DNA of 51,934 nt from Desulfobacterales bacterium (lineage in GTDB: Bacteria > Desulfobacterota > Desulfobacteria > Desulfobacterales > UBA11574): contig CP070768.1 in assembly GCA_020345745.1 (NCBI GenBank), positions 3,347,395-3,399,328 on the forward strand. The letters run 5' to 3'. This document shows, piece after piece, positions 27,916 to 39,221 of the stretch. Position numbers and translations under genes: made by a program. Every line of letters begins with the position of its first letter. Position 1 is the stretch's first letter. The notes under the pieces are model-generated. The model was not told the origin of the DNA and made no database searches. It saw only the letters and a list, made by a program, of their open reading frames with translations.

Positions 27916-29307
27916 TCATTCCTGTATCTCTTTTTCTAGACGCTTTTTGGCCGCTTCAATGGCAGCGTTTACACTTTCTGTTGCAGTACCGCCAATCGAT
28001 TTTCTTCTAGCTATCATCTGATCTGTAGACAATATATCAAAAATGTCCGCTTCGATGATTGCTGAAAAGGATTTTAATTCTTCCAAATTAAGTTCGTGCA
28101 GCTCCTTATTCTTGCTTAAGGCGTACAAAACTGCATTGCCGACACAATCATGAGCTTTACGAAAAGGCATGCCCTTGATTACCAGGTAATCGGCCATGTC
28201 AGTCGCATTTAAAAAACCCTTGGACGTCGCCTGCAACATGGCTTCTTTATGTATCTTTACTTTAGGGAGCATGGCAATATAAATGCCAATACATTCGGTT
28301 AAAACGTCTACCGTATTGAACAATGCTGCTTTATCCTCCTGCATGTCACGGTTATAAGATAACGGCAACGATTTCATCATAGTCAAAATCGACACCAGGT
28401 CCCCAAAAACTCGACCGGTTTTTCCACGGACCAGCTCAGGTACGTCAGGATTCTTTTTTTGCGGCATAATGCTGCTGCCGGTAGCAAAAGAATCCGGAAG
28501 TTCTATGAATCCAAACTCTGCTGATGACCAAATAATCAGCTCTTCTGATATCCGGCTGAGATGAACCATGCAGAGGCCCGCAGCTGATATAAATTCAACG
28601 ATAAAATCGCGATCTGACACCGCATCAATGCTGTTTGCCGACACCCTGGGGAATTCAAGGAGTTGTGCGGTATATTCTCTGTCAATGGGGTATGTTGTCC
28701 CCGCAAGGGCTGCACTGCCCAGCGGCATGACATTGATTCGATTTAAACCCTCCTCGAATCTTTCCGTGTCCCTTGAAAACATCTCATAGTAAGCCATGAG
28801 ATGGTGAGATAAAAGGACGGGTTGCGCCCGTTGTAGATGGGTGTAACCGGGTAAAACAACATCGATGTTGGCCTTTGCCATGTCTAAGATGACTTGTCTA
28901 AGACTTACCAGCGATCCAATGATGCCTCTAGCCTCATCTCTTAGATACATTCTCACATCCAGAGCGACCTGATCGTTTCGGCTCCTGGCGGTGTGGAGTT
29001 TTTGCGCGATTTTTCCGACTTTCTCCACGAGCCGGGCTTCAATGTGCATATGAATATCTTCCAAACCATGATCAAACTGGAAATTGCCCCGCTCTATCTC
29101 ATTTTTTATCTTTTTAAGTCCCCCAACCAATACATCTGCATCTTCTTCTGATATAATGCCCCCTTTTACGAGGGTTCGACAATGGGCAATGCTGCCGTCA
29201 ATATCATAAGCGTAAAGCCGCTTATCGATATCAATTGAAGATGTAAAGTCTTCAACGATCCTCTCTGTCTTCTCAGAAAATCTACCGCTCCATGGCTTTT
29301 CAGGCAT
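27916..29307 (-). CDS. argH: Argininosuccinate lyase
   Basis: W.GRF, RSRNDQV, GYTHLQRAQP, GSSIMPQKKNPD. Confidence 0.97.
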   Translation of the reverse strand: MPEKPWSGRFSEKTERIVEDFTSSIDIDKRLYAYDIDGSIAHCRTLVKGGIISEEDADVLVGGLKKIKNEIERGNFQFDHGLEDIHMHIEARLVEKVGKIAQKLHTARSRNDQVALDVRMYLRDEARGIIGSLVSLRQVILDMAKANIDVVLPGYTHLQRAQPVLLSHHLMAYYEMFSRDTERFEEGLNRINVMPLGSAALAGTTYPIDREYTAQLLEFPRVSANSIDAVSDRDFIVEFISAAGLCMVHLSRISEELIIWSSAEFGFIELPDSFATGSSIMPQKKNPDVPELVRGKTGRVFGDLVSILTMMKSLPLSYNRDMQEDKAALFNTVDVLTECIGIYIAMLPKVKIHKEAMLQATSKGFLNATDMADYLVIKGMPFRKAHDCVGNAVLYALSKNKELHELNLEELKSFSAIIEADIFDILSTDQMIARRKSIGGTATESVNAAIEAAKKRLEKEIQE

Positions 29308-29327
29308 TTACAACCCCTTACTTTATT

Positions 29328-30533
29328 CTACTGCTTCATCAAGTTCTGGATACGCAGCCTCAGCGCATTCAGACGTATAAATCCTTCGGCATCTTGCTGA
29401 CGATATACGCTGTCATCTTCAAATGTCGCAAAATCCTCACGGTAAATGGATGTTTCAGATTTGCGCCCTAAAACACGACAGTTCCCTTTATACAGCTCGA
29501 GCCGCACAACTCCAGAGATGTTTTTCTGGGTTTGGTCAATCAAGCTCTGCAGCAGTTTCATTTCAGGCGAATACCAGAAACCATAATATACCAGCTCAGA
29601 ATACTTGGGAATCAGTGAATCCCTGATATGCATAACCTCTCTGTCCATGGTAATCGATTCGATGGCAATATGTGCAATCCGCCATATGGTTCCACCCGGT
29701 GTTTCATAAACGCCGCGGGACTTCATACCGACGAAACGATTTTCCACGATATCCGTTCTGCCGATGCCGTGACGACTACCCAGGGTATTGAGCGCCGTCA
29801 ATAGGGTTGCCGGAGACATGGTTTCACCATTGATGGCCACCGGGTCTCCCTGATCAAATGTAATCTCAATCACCTCCGGCCGGTCCGGAGCCTCTTGTGG
29901 AGACACTGTCAAGGTATACATATCATCAGGTGGTTGTTGCCATGGATCTTCAAGCTGGCCACCCTCGAAGCTGATATGAAGGAGATTTCGATCGGTGCTG
30001 TAAGGCTTTTTACGCGTTGTCGGCACTTTTATTCCATGCTGCTTGGCAAATGTCATAAGATCGCTCCGAGAGTTTAGATTCCACTCACGCCACGGGGCAA
30101 TGATCTTAATGTGAGGGTCCATAGCAAAATAACTCAGTTCAAACCTGACTTGATCGTTCCCTTTCCCTGTTGCACCGTGACTGACTGCATCAGCGTTCTC
30201 AATCTTTGCGATTTCCATCTGGCGCTTGGCTATCAACGGTCTTGCCAAAGACGTGCCCAATAGATATTGGCTTTCGTAAATGGCGTTGGCTCGAAATGCC
30301 GGGAAAACATAATCTTTTACAAAGGTTTCTTTCAGGTCATCGATGTATACTTTTAAAGCTCCCGTATTTAAAGCGTTCTCTTCTACTTGTTTCAATTCAT
30401 CGCCCTGTCCAATATCAGCTGAAAATGCGATGACATCACACTGATATGTTTCGATGAGCCATTTTAAAATGACCGAAGTATCTAGCCCACCGGAATAGGC
30501 CAGAACCACTTTATTCACATGATCAGACACCAT
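29328..30533 (-). CDS. argG: Argininosuccinate synthase
   Basis: [24 protein letters not shown]; AAGGAG RBS before MVSDH. Confidence 0.97.
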   Translation of the reverse strand: MVSDHVNKVVLAYSGGLDTSVILKWLIETYQCDVIAFSADIGQGDELKQVEENALNTGALKVYIDDLKETFVKDYVFPAFRANAIYESQYLLGTSLARPLIAKRQMEIAKIENADAVSHGATGKGNDQVRFELSYFAMDPHIKIIAPWREWNLNSRSDLMTFAKQHGIKVPTTRKKPYSTDRNLLHISFEGGQLEDPWQQPPDDMYTLTVSPQEAPDRPEVIEITFDQGDPVAINGETMSPATLLTALNTLGSRHGIGRTDIVENRFVGMKSRGVYETPGGTIWRIAHIAIESITMDREVMHIRDSLIPKYSELVYYGFWYSPEMKLLQSLIDQTQKNISGVVRLELYKGNCRVLGRKSETSIYREDFATFEDDSVYRQQDAEGFIRLNALRLRIQNLMKQ

Positions 30534-30699
30534 TATTCTCCTTAAGGTTATTACCAAACATAAGACCCAGTGTTTTGCCTTGCAGCGGTCTGTTGAGAAG
30601 CCCGCTTTTATGCATATTTTTTAGTTCGGAGGCCCGTTGCAAGAGGATCTCAAAATCCTTTTTGCTAAGATCCAAAAGTGTACGTATGTCTTTTTTCAA
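30523..30699 (-). pseudogene. argF: Ornithine carbamoyltransferase N-terminal remnant (58 codons)
   Basis: [27 protein letters not shown]...[12 protein letters not shown]; ends just before the STRT motif; lies between argD and argG. Confidence 0.85.
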
Positions 30700-31877
30700 T
30701 CCAATACCTCATCTAAGCATTTCACAAGTGCATCAATCTCTTCTCTTTCGATGGTAAGGGGAGGGATAAAACGTAATATGTTCCCCTGGATGCAATTGAT
30801 CAAAAATCCTCTTTCCATACACGAAATGACGACATCATCACCATCGGTTTTCAGTTTCATTCCCAAAAGCAATCCAATACCTCGAACATCCTCAACTGAT
30901 GAATGTCGATCTTTTAGCCAAAAAAGCTTATCTTTAAAATAGGCTCCGATTTTCATACAATGGTCTAAAATATTCTCTTCAAAAAGGACGTTAACAACTT
31001 CGAGTGAAGCTGCGGTTACCAATGGTGTACCTCCGAATGTAGATGCGTGAGATCCCGGACCAAAAGCTTCTGCTACATTCTCTTTTGCCAACATCGCCCC
31101 AATGGGCAACCCATTGCCAAGGGCTTTCGCCAAGGTCATGATGTCAGGCTCGATGCCAAAATGCTCGTAGGCAAAAAGTTTTCCTGTACGGCCGATTCCG
31201 GTCTGTATCTCATCAAAAATCAAGAGAACGCCGGCCTCGTTACACATTCGTCTCACCGTGGCAAAATATTCTGATGCAGGGCATCGAATGCCACCTTCAC
31301 CCTGAATCGGCTCTACCAGCACCGCGCACGTAGTGACATCTATCCTGCGCTGCAATGCATCGAGGTCATTAAACGGTACATAATCGAAACCCTCTAATTC
31401 AGGCTCGAATCCTTTTCTTATTTTTTCTTGCCCTGTTGCTGAAAGTGTGGCCATGGTTCGTCCGTGAAAAGATTTTTCCATGGAGACGATTCTGAATCGA
31501 TTGTTTTCTCCTTTTTCTTTAAAGTATTTTCTGGCGAGTTTTATCGCAGCTTCATTCGCTTCAGCGCCGCTGTTGCAGAAAAATACCCGATCGGCGAAGC
31601 TGTTCTCCGTGAGCCATGTTGCCAGTTTTATTTGAGGTACCGTATAATATAGGTTCGATGTATGAAAAAGAATGCCGGCCTGTTCTGATATTGCTTTGGC
31701 AACTCTCGGATGCGCATGCCCTAAGTTACAAACAGCAATTCCCGCAACAAAATCGACATAACTCTTGCCGTCCTTATCCCAAAGCCTGCATCCCTCCCCT
31801 TTCGTTAGCACAACGGGAAATCGTTTATAGGTTTTGGCAATGACATGATCTGCTTTTTGGATGACTTCGTTTTTCAT
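30696..31877 (-). CDS. argD: Acetylornithine aminotransferase
   Basis: NSGAEANE, FHGRT, EPIQGEGG, FDEIQTG.GRTG, LAKALG. Confidence 0.95.
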   Translation of the reverse strand: MKNEVIQKADHVIAKTYKRFPVVLTKGEGCRLWDKDGKSYVDFVAGIAVCNLGHAHPRVAKAISEQAGILFHTSNLYYTVPQIKLATWLTENSFADRVFFCNSGAEANEAAIKLARKYFKEKGENNRFRIVSMEKSFHGRTMATLSATGQEKIRKGFEPELEGFDYVPFNDLDALQRRIDVTTCAVLVEPIQGEGGIRCPASEYFATVRRMCNEAGVLLIFDEIQTGIGRTGKLFAYEHFGIEPDIMTLAKALGNGLPIGAMLAKENVAEAFGPGSHASTFGGTPLVTAASLEVVNVLFEENILDHCMKIGAYFKDKLFWLKDRHSSVEDVRGIGLLLGMKLKTDGDDVVISCMERGFLINCIQGNILRFIPPLTIEREEIDALVKCLDEVLD

Positions 31878-32764
31878 TATTGAACCTTTTCAAAGATAAC
31901 TTCCGTACCTATGCCTCTGTCGGTAAAAAACTCCAGGAGTAAAGCATGACGCCTGCTTCCATTGATAATGTGGACCTTTTCAATACCGCTCTTCAGAGCG
32001 TCTAAAGCGCATTCAATCTTTGGAATCATGCCACCGGATACGGTTTTTTCTTTAACCATCCGATGGATACTTTCCGCATCTATTGAAGAAATAAGCTCTC
32101 CTGAGGCATTCAGCACCCCATCAACATCCGTAAGAAAGACCAGACGGCCGGCTGAAAGCGCCATGGCAACGCTGTTCGCAACAAGATCGGCATTGATGTT
32201 ATAGGTTTCACCTGAATCTCCGATACCAATCGGAGCGATAACAGGAATAAAATCTTTGTTTATCAGCGTGTGAATGATGCCAGGGTCAATATGAGTGACA
32301 TCTCCAACCAAACCTGGATCAATAATCTCAGGTGTGTCTGTTGTTTCATTTTGATGAACAATTTGGAGCTTTTTTGCACGAATCAGACCCGCATCCTTGC
32401 CGCTCAAACCGACCGCCTTCCCTCCCTGTTGATTAATTTGAGCAACGATCCTTTTATTCACTTTGCCGCCCAGCACCATTTCTACAACGTCCATTGTCGG
32501 TTCGTCGGTCAGGCGCATCCCTCGTACAAATTTGGAATGTATGCCCATGCGATCTAAAACCCGGTTAATTTGAGGGCCACCTCCGTGAACGACAACAGGA
32601 TTTAACCCGATAAATTTCAATAAGGTAATGTCACGCGCAAAGTCCTCCTTGAGCTGGCTGTCGACCATGGCGTGCCCGCCGTATTTAATGACCACAGTCA
32701 TGCCATAGAAACGTCGTATATAAGGGAGCGCTTCGATAAGTATGTCGGCAACATTTATATCCAT
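31877..32764 (-). CDS. argB: Acetylglutamate kinase
   Basis: [26 protein letters not shown]. Confidence 0.97.
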   Translation of the reverse strand: MDINVADILIEALPYIRRFYGMTVVIKYGGHAMVDSQLKEDFARDITLLKFIGLNPVVVHGGGPQINRVLDRMGIHSKFVRGMRLTDEPTMDVVEMVLGGKVNKRIVAQINQQGGKAVGLSGKDAGLIRAKKLQIVHQNETTDTPEIIDPGLVGDVTHIDPGIIHTLINKDFIPVIAPIGIGDSGETYNINADLVANSVAMALSAGRLVFLTDVDGVLNASGELISSIDAESIHRMVKEKTVSGGMIPKIECALDALKSGIEKVHIINGSRRHALLLEFFTDRGIGTEVIFEKVQ

Positions 32765-32887
32765 GTTTTTTATTCTTTTTATAAAGTGCTTGGTTAATAT
32801 ACTAGCAAACCCGAACTTGCACGAGGATGTTACATAAAACTGTTTTTGTTAAAAATTATAAAGATTCTTATCAATTTTCATACAAGG

Positions 32888-34261
32888 TTATAAAATAAAC
32901 CGGCTCAAGTCTTCGTCGTCTTTAATTTCTTCTAATTGGTCTACGACATACTTTCTATCAATAACGATTCTTTTTTCTACCAGGTCCGGCGCATCGAAAA
33001 GAATGTCTTCAAGAAGACACTCCATCAGCGTATACAGCCTTCGAGCACCGATGTTCTCGGTCTGATTGTTCACATCTTCAGCAATTTTTGCTATTTCTTC
33101 AACCGCCTCATCCTCAAAAACCACATCAACGCCTTCGGTCTTTAGGATAGCGAGGTATTGCAGAATTAAAGCATTTTTGGGTTCGACAAGTATCCTTGCA
33201 AATTCTTTTTGTCCCAAAGCATCAAGTTCTACCCGTATGGGGAATCTCCCTTGCAGTTCAGGAATCAAATCAGACGGTTTAACCGTGTGAAAAGCGCCTG
33301 AAGCAATGAACAGAATATTGTCTGTTTTAACCGGCCCATATTTGGTTGTAACCGTACTCCCTTCTACAATTGGAAGAAGATCCCTTTGCACACCTTCTCT
33401 TGACACATCCGGACCCTGGACACCATTTTTGCCCGCGATCTTGTCAATTTCATCGAGAAATATAATCCCCGACTGCTCGACCTTTTGAATGGCTTTTTTC
33501 ACAACCTTGTCCATATCGACCAAGTTCTGGGCCTCTTCCGCTGCAAGCACCTCCATCGCCTCGGGCACTTTTATTTTCCTTCGCTTGGTACTTTTGGGCA
33601 GAAAACCACCGATCATATCTTTGAAATTAATGCCCAACTCCTCCATGCCAACATTAGAAAAGATCTCCACCATCGGCATGGCTCGCTCTGAAACATCAAG
33701 GTCAACGTAACGGTTATCAAGCTTACCTTCCCGAAGCATGCGACGCAGCTTTTCTCTTGTGGAAAAAGATTCATCGCCATCGTGCGTGATCAGCTCAAAG
33801 GGCGTCTCTTTTGTATCTTCCGGTTTCGGCGCCTGGTCGGCCCCTGATTTCGGAAGTAATATATCGAGCATCCTCTCTTCAGCAATCTGACGCCCCCTTT
33901 CCCTAACACGCTCTTGTTCCGTCGATCTAACCTCATTAACCGTGAGTTCGAGCAAATCCCTTACCATGGACTCAACATCACGCCCCACATAGCCAACTTC
34001 GGTAAACTTAGATGCCTCAACCTTGCTAAATGGCGAATCGGTCAGATTGGAAAGCCTTCTAGCGATCTCTGTTTTTCCCACCCCCGTAGGGCCGATAAGT
34101 ATGATATTTTTGGGTGTAATTTCGTCCCTGAGATCTCCCGGTACCTGCTGCCTTCGCCATCGGTTCCTTAGGGCAATGGCTACTGAGCGCTTCGCCTTAT
34201 CCTGCCCAATGATATATTTATCCAGTTCTTTTACAATTTCGTGTGGTTTTAAATCGTTCAT
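32888..34261 (-). CDS. hslU: HslUV protease ATPase subunit
   Basis: [37 protein letters not shown]. Confidence 0.97.
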   Translation of the reverse strand: MNDLKPHEIVKELDKYIIGQDKAKRSVAIALRNRWRRQQVPGDLRDEITPKNIILIGPTGVGKTEIARRLSNLTDSPFSKVEASKFTEVGYVGRDVESMVRDLLELTVNEVRSTEQERVRERGRQIAEERMLDILLPKSGADQAPKPEDTKETPFELITHDGDESFSTREKLRRMLREGKLDNRYVDLDVSERAMPMVEIFSNVGMEELGINFKDMIGGFLPKSTKRRKIKVPEAMEVLAAEEAQNLVDMDKVVKKAIQKVEQSGIIFLDEIDKIAGKNGVQGPDVSREGVQRDLLPIVEGSTVTTKYGPVKTDNILFIASGAFHTVKPSDLIPELQGRFPIRVELDALGQKEFARILVEPKNALILQYLAILKTEGVDVVFEDEAVEEIAKIAEDVNNQTENIGARRLYTLMECLLEDILFDAPDLVEKRIVIDRKYVVDQLEEIKDDEDLSRFIL

Positions 34262-34266
34262 CTCTT

Positions 34267-34797
34267 TTACAACTCTTCAATGGTGATATCATTATTGGTA
34301 AAAACACAAATTGAACCGATGATTTCCATGGCTTGCCTTACAATGCTAACAGCATCCAAGTCCGTATGCTTGATCAGGGCTATCGCCGCCGCCTGCGCGC
34401 TGGCCCCTCCCGCACCAATTCCCATAACACCTTCGTCCGGTTCAATGACATCACCGTTGCCTGAAATAACAAACATGTTTTTCTCATCGGTCGCGATCAT
34501 GATCGCCTCAAGACGTCTCAAGTATTTGTCGGTCCGCCAGTCTCTCGCCAGTTCAACGGCGCTACGCGTCAAATTGCCGTTGTATCGCTCAAGCTTTGCC
34601 TCCAGGCGTTCGGACAGATTCAAGGCATCGGCCGTTGCACCTGCAAATCCCACAATAATCTTATCGTTGTAAATCCTTCTGACTTTTTTGGCCTTATGCT
34701 TTATAATCGTATTTCCTAGTGTAACCTGTCCGTCACCAGCAATCGCCACTTTGCCCTTACGTCTGACTGCAAGTATTGTTGTGCCATGTGGATTCAT
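34267..34797 (-). CDS. hslV: HslUV protease peptidase subunit
   Basis: [35 protein letters not shown]. Confidence 0.96.
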   Translation of the reverse strand: MNPHGTTILAVRRKGKVAIAGDGQVTLGNTIIKHKAKKVRRIYNDKIIVGFAGATADALNLSERLEAKLERYNGNLTRSAVELARDWRTDKYLRRLEAIMIATDEKNMFVISGNGDVIEPDEGVMGIGAGGASAQAAAIALIKHTDLDAVSIVRQAMEIIGSICVFTNNDITIEEL

Positions 34798-34809
34798 AAC
34801 TGTCCTAAC

Positions 34810-35745
34810 TTATCGTCGTGGATGGGTCTTATCATAAGTTTCCATTAATTTGTCTATACTTATATGGGTATATTTCTGTGTCGTTGAAAGGCTTTTATGG
34901 CCCAAAAGCTCTTGTACTACCCGCAAATCCGCTCCTGCATCAAGCATGTGCGTAGCAAACGTATGGCGAAGGGCATGCGGTGAAACCGGTATTAACAGGC
35001 CGCATGCCTTCGCTGTCTTTTCAAGAATACGACCAATCGATCGGGTCGTCAGTCGCCCGCCGTTCTTGTTTAAAAAAAGTGGTGTATTTTCCTCCGATGG
35101 TATTCCGGCTTCTATGGCTAATCTATCTCTATAGTTCTTAATGGCAGCCTTTGCCTTTTCCCCGATGGGCACCACCCGTTCTTTGTTTCCTTTTCCTAGA
35201 ACGCGAATGATGCATCGATTAAAATCGACATCAAAGGTATTCATTCCGGATAGCTCAGAAACGCGTATTCCGCTCGAATAAAGGGTTTCAAAAATGGCAC
35301 GGTTCCTTAAATCAAGAAGTGTGTCGTTACCTATCGAATCGAGCAGCCTGAACATATCATCAACGGTCAGATAAGATGGAATGGTCTTCTCCTGTTTGGG
35401 TGAAAGTATCACGTCCAAAGGATTGTCCAAAATAATGCCATGTTTGACAAGGTATCGAAAAAAAGAGCGAATGGCAGAAAGCTTGCGCGCTATGGTCGCT
35501 TTTTTATTCTTTTTATTTAGAAACCCAAGATAGCCTCTGATCATCAGGCTGTCGATCTGATCAGCTCCAAAACGATCCCATCTGCTTTGGTCCTTTTTGC
35601 CGGAAAAAAAAATATCATTAATAAAAGATACCCATTCTTCTAAATCGTGTAAGTAAGCACGGCATGTGTTTGCGGCGTAGCCTTTTTCCGACAACAGTGA
35701 TTCAATAAAGGATGCTATCTGATGTTTTAAGGAAGTTGACATCAT
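34810..35745 (-). CDS. xerC: Tyrosine recombinase XerC
   Basis: G.RVSEL, GKGNKER, HALRHTFATH, LLGH.SLSTTQKYTH; upstream of hslVU. Confidence 0.93.
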   Translation of the reverse strand: MMSTSLKHQIASFIESLLSEKGYAANTCRAYLHDLEEWVSFINDIFFSGKKDQSRWDRFGADQIDSLMIRGYLGFLNKKNKKATIARKLSAIRSFFRYLVKHGIILDNPLDVILSPKQEKTIPSYLTVDDMFRLLDSIGNDTLLDLRNRAIFETLYSSGIRVSELSGMNTFDVDFNRCIIRVLGKGNKERVVPIGEKAKAAIKNYRDRLAIEAGIPSEENTPLFLNKNGGRLTTRSIGRILEKTAKACGLLIPVSPHALRHTFATHMLDAGADLRVVQELLGHKSLSTTQKYTHISIDKLMETYDKTHPRR

Positions 35746-36332
35746 TAAAAATTAATCAACGATTCAAGTTCACTCCAGGTGCCTACCTCAATAAACGGAT
35801 GATTTCTCCTGTTCCAAGGCTGTTTGAAAAGAACAGGTGTAATGCCGGCTGCTTTAAGGGGAAAACATGTTTCAAGCCTGTCTTCAACAAAATATAAAAC
35901 ATTTCTTTCCGAAAGCACCTCTGTCTTGGCTTCAAAGGATCCTGTTGCAATCACTGTTATTGAATCTGCACTTAAAGGGAGTACGCTTTGTATCCAGTCA
36001 GAAATTGGGCCATCATACAATCGAGCCGTCACAAAAAGAATGGGACCGTACCTTTGACCAAGCCGGGTTAGGACATTTGTCGCCCCACTGATAGGCTTTA
36101 ACGGAGCGTTATGGTTTCCATCCATTATTTTAGTGATAATTTTCTCAATAATTTCACTTTCAATATCGACACAATCCTCCAGAGCATAGCAGGTTATATC
36201 TTCGTATTTTATCCCGTCTATTTCATACTCTTCACGTGCGATATCAAGGAATAATGTCATGGTGTCAGCAAAAACACCGTCAATATCGAATGCGACTGAG
36301 GCCGGATCAATCATAAATTTTTCCAAAGTCAT
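35745..36332 (-). CDS. HAD-superfamily 5'-nucleotidase-like (NT5C) protein
   Basis: FDIDGV, VTAR, FVED, PWN; the ORF-track N-terminus overlaps the next gene. Confidence 0.85.
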   Translation of the reverse strand: MTLEKFMIDPASVAFDIDGVFADTMTLFLDIAREEYEIDGIKYEDITCYALEDCVDIESEIIEKIITKIMDGNHNAPLKPISGATNVLTRLGQRYGPILFVTARLYDGPISDWIQSVLPLSADSITVIATGSFEAKTEVLSERNVLYFVEDRLETCFPLKAAGITPVLFKQPWNRRNHPFIEVGTWSELESLINF

Positions 36333-36360
36333 ACGTTGAGAACCATTCGTCAACCGGCGA

Positions 36361-36687
36361 TTATGCCGCTCTTCGTGTCTTTTTTTTGAGCCTGGATATC
36401 CGGCGTCTGTAGATTTTCGCCATTTTCTCATCTTTGTTGTTAATGGCGATTTCACGTTCGGCCTTCAGCGCTTTGATCTTTTTTTTAATTTCGCGGACCG
36501 AGGTATCCGTCTTTTTCTCTACACCTTCCTCTATACCTCTTGCTTTTTTAATAGCGCTAATGAGTTCCGCTTTGTTCATCCCATAAACACCTGTGATTTC
36601 AGGCAGCTGTTTTCCGACCTCCCGCAATTCTTTAGCCGTCATTTTCTCTAGAGGTTTTTCCTTGACTTCTTTCTTCTTTACACCCAT
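36361..36687 (-). CDS. Rho N-terminal (HeH) domain protein
   Basis: LEKMTAKELRE...ITGVYGMNKAELISAI; AAGGAG RBS. Confidence 0.8.
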   Translation of the reverse strand: MGVKKKEVKEKPLEKMTAKELREVGKQLPEITGVYGMNKAELISAIKKARGIEEGVEKKTDTSVREIKKKIKALKAEREIAINNKDEKMAKIYRRRISRLKKKTRRAA

Positions 36688-36899
36688 GTTCGGTATGTCT
36701 CCTTCTGTTTAAAAAAAAGCACAAGCGGAGGTTGCAAAACCCCCGCCAATGAGTGGTTATTATTACCCAAAACCGAATGCTGAATTACATCTAATCCATG
36801 TTATGAATATTTATAAAACATATTAAAACCAGCATAATATACAGTATTTTAATGTAATGTCAACATTGGTTTCACAAATTGAACACTATGAATTATTGC

Positions 36900-37625
36900 T
36901 TAATCGATTCCCAAAGCCTTCATCAATTTTTTCATATCTTCCCAAACACTTCGCTTTTTATCAGGGTTTCTCAACAAGAATGCTGGATGATAGGTGGGCA
37001 TTACTTTGATTCCCATATAGTCGTAAAAAATCCCTCTTAATTTTGAAATCGGTTCTTTGGTCTCGAGCAGGGTCTGGGCAGCAAAACTTCCGAGAGTACA
37101 TATGAAATCCGGATGTATGGCAGCAATTTGTCGCCTTAAAAAAGGTGAACAGGCCGCTATCTCATCGGGCATGGGATTCCTGTTTCCGGGGGGTCGGCAC
37201 TTAACAATATTGCAGATATAAACCTGGTTACGTGTTAATTTGATAGCTTCGATAATCTTTGTCAGAAGCTGACCAGCAGCCCCAACAAAGGGTTGTCCTT
37301 GTCTGTCCTCTTCATATCCCGGTCCTTCGCCGATAAATATCAGTTTCGCATGAGCGGTTCCACAGCCGAATACGATATTTGTCCGGCCTTCTGAAAGCCG
37401 GCAACGTTGACAGTCACCCAAATCGGTACGAATATCCTCTAAAGTCTCAACAGAAAAAACATCCTTTCGCCCCCAGGCTGCAAGTGTATTAAGAACCTCT
37501 GAGGAGGCATCAAAACCTTTGCACCCCATCTGTTCAAGAAAACGAAGGGTGTTGCGGACGTCTTCAACAGTTGCTGCAAAATTGCCTTTATTCATTTGGT
37601 TTTTTCTATCCAAACGTTGGGGCAT
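36900..37625 (-). CDS. Family-4 (Fe-S) uracil-DNA glycosylase
   Basis: CQRC.L, GEGPG, KCRPP.NR, YHPA; start placed after a GGAG RBS outside the MITE. Confidence 0.93.
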   Translation of the reverse strand: MPQRLDRKNQMNKGNFAATVEDVRNTLRFLEQMGCKGFDASSEVLNTLAAWGRKDVFSVETLEDIRTDLGDCQRCRLSEGRTNIVFGCGTAHAKLIFIGEGPGYEEDRQGQPFVGAAGQLLTKIIEAIKLTRNQVYICNIVKCRPPGNRNPMPDEIAACSPFLRRQIAAIHPDFICTLGSFAAQTLLETKEPISKLRGIFYDYMGIKVMPTYHPAFLLRNPDKKRSVWEDMKKLMKALGID

Positions 37626-37645
37626 TTGCTCTCCATTCAGATCGC

Positions 37646-37887
37646 GAGGTCTTTGAAAAACCCCCTTTTTATTCAATCTCTGTGTCAGACTCAAATTTTA
37701 ATCCGCCAAAGTTTGGTGGCGGATTAATTCGCGAAATACTCGATGTATGTCTGCGGTTAAAATTTTCGCATTGACTCGGGGCGTCCATGCCCCTCGCCCT
37801 AAAGGGCAGTTTGGTAGCTGTCCAATTCCGCTATCCTGCAGAATTGTCCTTGACTTTAGATAAAACTGAGCATTTTTCAAAGGCCTC
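37646..37887. mobile_element. MITE (242 bp) with internal hairpins
   Basis: TIR GAGGTCTTTGAAAAA / TTTTTCAAAGGCCTC (14/15); internal TTAATCCGCCA...TGGCGGATTAA hairpin. Confidence 0.8.
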
Positions 37888-37928
37888 AGGCCTTCTTTAA
37901 GCATAACAAAACATGCCCAACTCAATCC

Positions 37929-39122
37929 TTACATTTTTATTATTCGATCTAAAAGAACATGGGCGACATCATCTTTATGCATCGTCGGAAGAGATTCTTT
38001 TGTTCCATCTTTAAAAAAGAGCGTAACCGTGTTCGTGTCCGTGCCGAAACCCGAAGCGGGTTCGCCGATCAGGTTTCCGACGATTAAATCGAGACGTTTT
38101 TCAGCCAGTTTATTTGCTGCGTTTTCTGCAAGATTTTCTGTTTCCGCAGCAAAGCCCACGAGAATCTGCTGTTTTTTTCTTTTGCCGATCTCTTTGAGGA
38201 TATCCAGATTTTTTTCAAGAAGCATAGCATGCTCTTTTTCGTCTTTTTTAACCTTATATTCCACTTGATCTTTGGGTTTATAATCAGAAACCGCTGCCGT
38301 TTTTACAATGATGTCTGCGGTATCCATTCTCTCAAATACCTCATCTGCCATCTCTTGTGCCGTTCGCACCCGGATCACCGATACCCGGTTTGGATCGGCA
38401 AGATTCGTCGGCCCTGTTACTAAACTGACCGTGCCACCCCTGTGCTCTGCCGCCTTTGCAACGGCGAATCCCATTTTTCCGGAAGAAGGGTTGCTGATGA
38501 AACGGACCGGATCGAAATGTTCACAGGTAGGACCCGCTGTCACGAGGATGCGCTTACCGGTCAAGTCGTTGGGATAAAGCGCATACATCAGCCTGTCCAA
38601 TATATCCTCCGGTTCGGGAAGACGACCGGGCCCTATTGTGCCGCAGGCCAGTTCTCCGGATTCGGGGTCGATTATAAAATACCCGTCCGTCTTGAGTTGA
38701 TCAAGGTTCCTTTGAACAGATCTGCTTTCAAACATGTGGGTGTTCATCGACGGACATACGAGCACCGGACATGTTACCGCCAGAATAAACGTACTCAGGG
38801 CATCATCTGCAATCCCATGGGCGAACTTACCGATAATGTTAGCTGTTGCAGGAGCAATAACCACCGCATCCGCTTCACCCGCCCAATCGATATGCTTAAT
38901 GGACGCATCCCCTTCTTCTTCAAAAAGGCTTGTACACACCTTTTGGCCCGACAAGGCTTCAAACGTCACAGGACCGACAAACCATTTGGCATTTTGGGTC
39001 ATTATGACCCTTGCATTTGCGCCATTTGTTACGAGAAGCCTTAGAAATTCCGCGCTCTTATAAGCAGCAATACCTCCAGACACCCCCAGTACAATATTTT
39101 TTTTATCAATGATTTTTTTCAT
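37929..39122 (-). CDS. coaBC: Bifunctional PPC decarboxylase/synthetase
   Basis: GGIAAYK, PATAN, PSMNT.M, LACG..G.GR, DPVRFISN.SSGKMG. Confidence 0.97.
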   Translation of the reverse strand: MKKIIDKKNIVLGVSGGIAAYKSAEFLRLLVTNGANARVIMTQNAKWFVGPVTFEALSGQKVCTSLFEEEGDASIKHIDWAGEADAVVIAPATANIIGKFAHGIADDALSTFILAVTCPVLVCPSMNTHMFESRSVQRNLDQLKTDGYFIIDPESGELACGTIGPGRLPEPEDILDRLMYALYPNDLTGKRILVTAGPTCEHFDPVRFISNPSSGKMGFAVAKAAEHRGGTVSLVTGPTNLADPNRVSVIRVRTAQEMADEVFERMDTADIIVKTAAVSDYKPKDQVEYKVKKDEKEHAMLLEKNLDILKEIGKRKKQQILVGFAAETENLAENAANKLAEKRLDLIVGNLIGEPASGFGTDTNTVTLFFKDGTKESLPTMHKDDVAHVLLDRIIKM

Positions 39123-39221
39123 TGCGAAAATGCCTTATTTCAATTTTGCCTTTTAAAAAATATTATCCAGCCACTTTGACTTAAGGATTGCGATCAAAAT
39201 TAGGCTGCGAAACTTGATTCA

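Noticed and set aside
34810-35745. Tyrosine recombinase as the integrase of the cassette array
   Set aside because: Typical housekeeping XerC in xerC-hslVU context, with no IntI-specific insertion; junction sites do not resemble dif.
37626-37925. 75-aa ORF and N-terminal extension of UDG
   Set aside because: Both read through MITE sequence.
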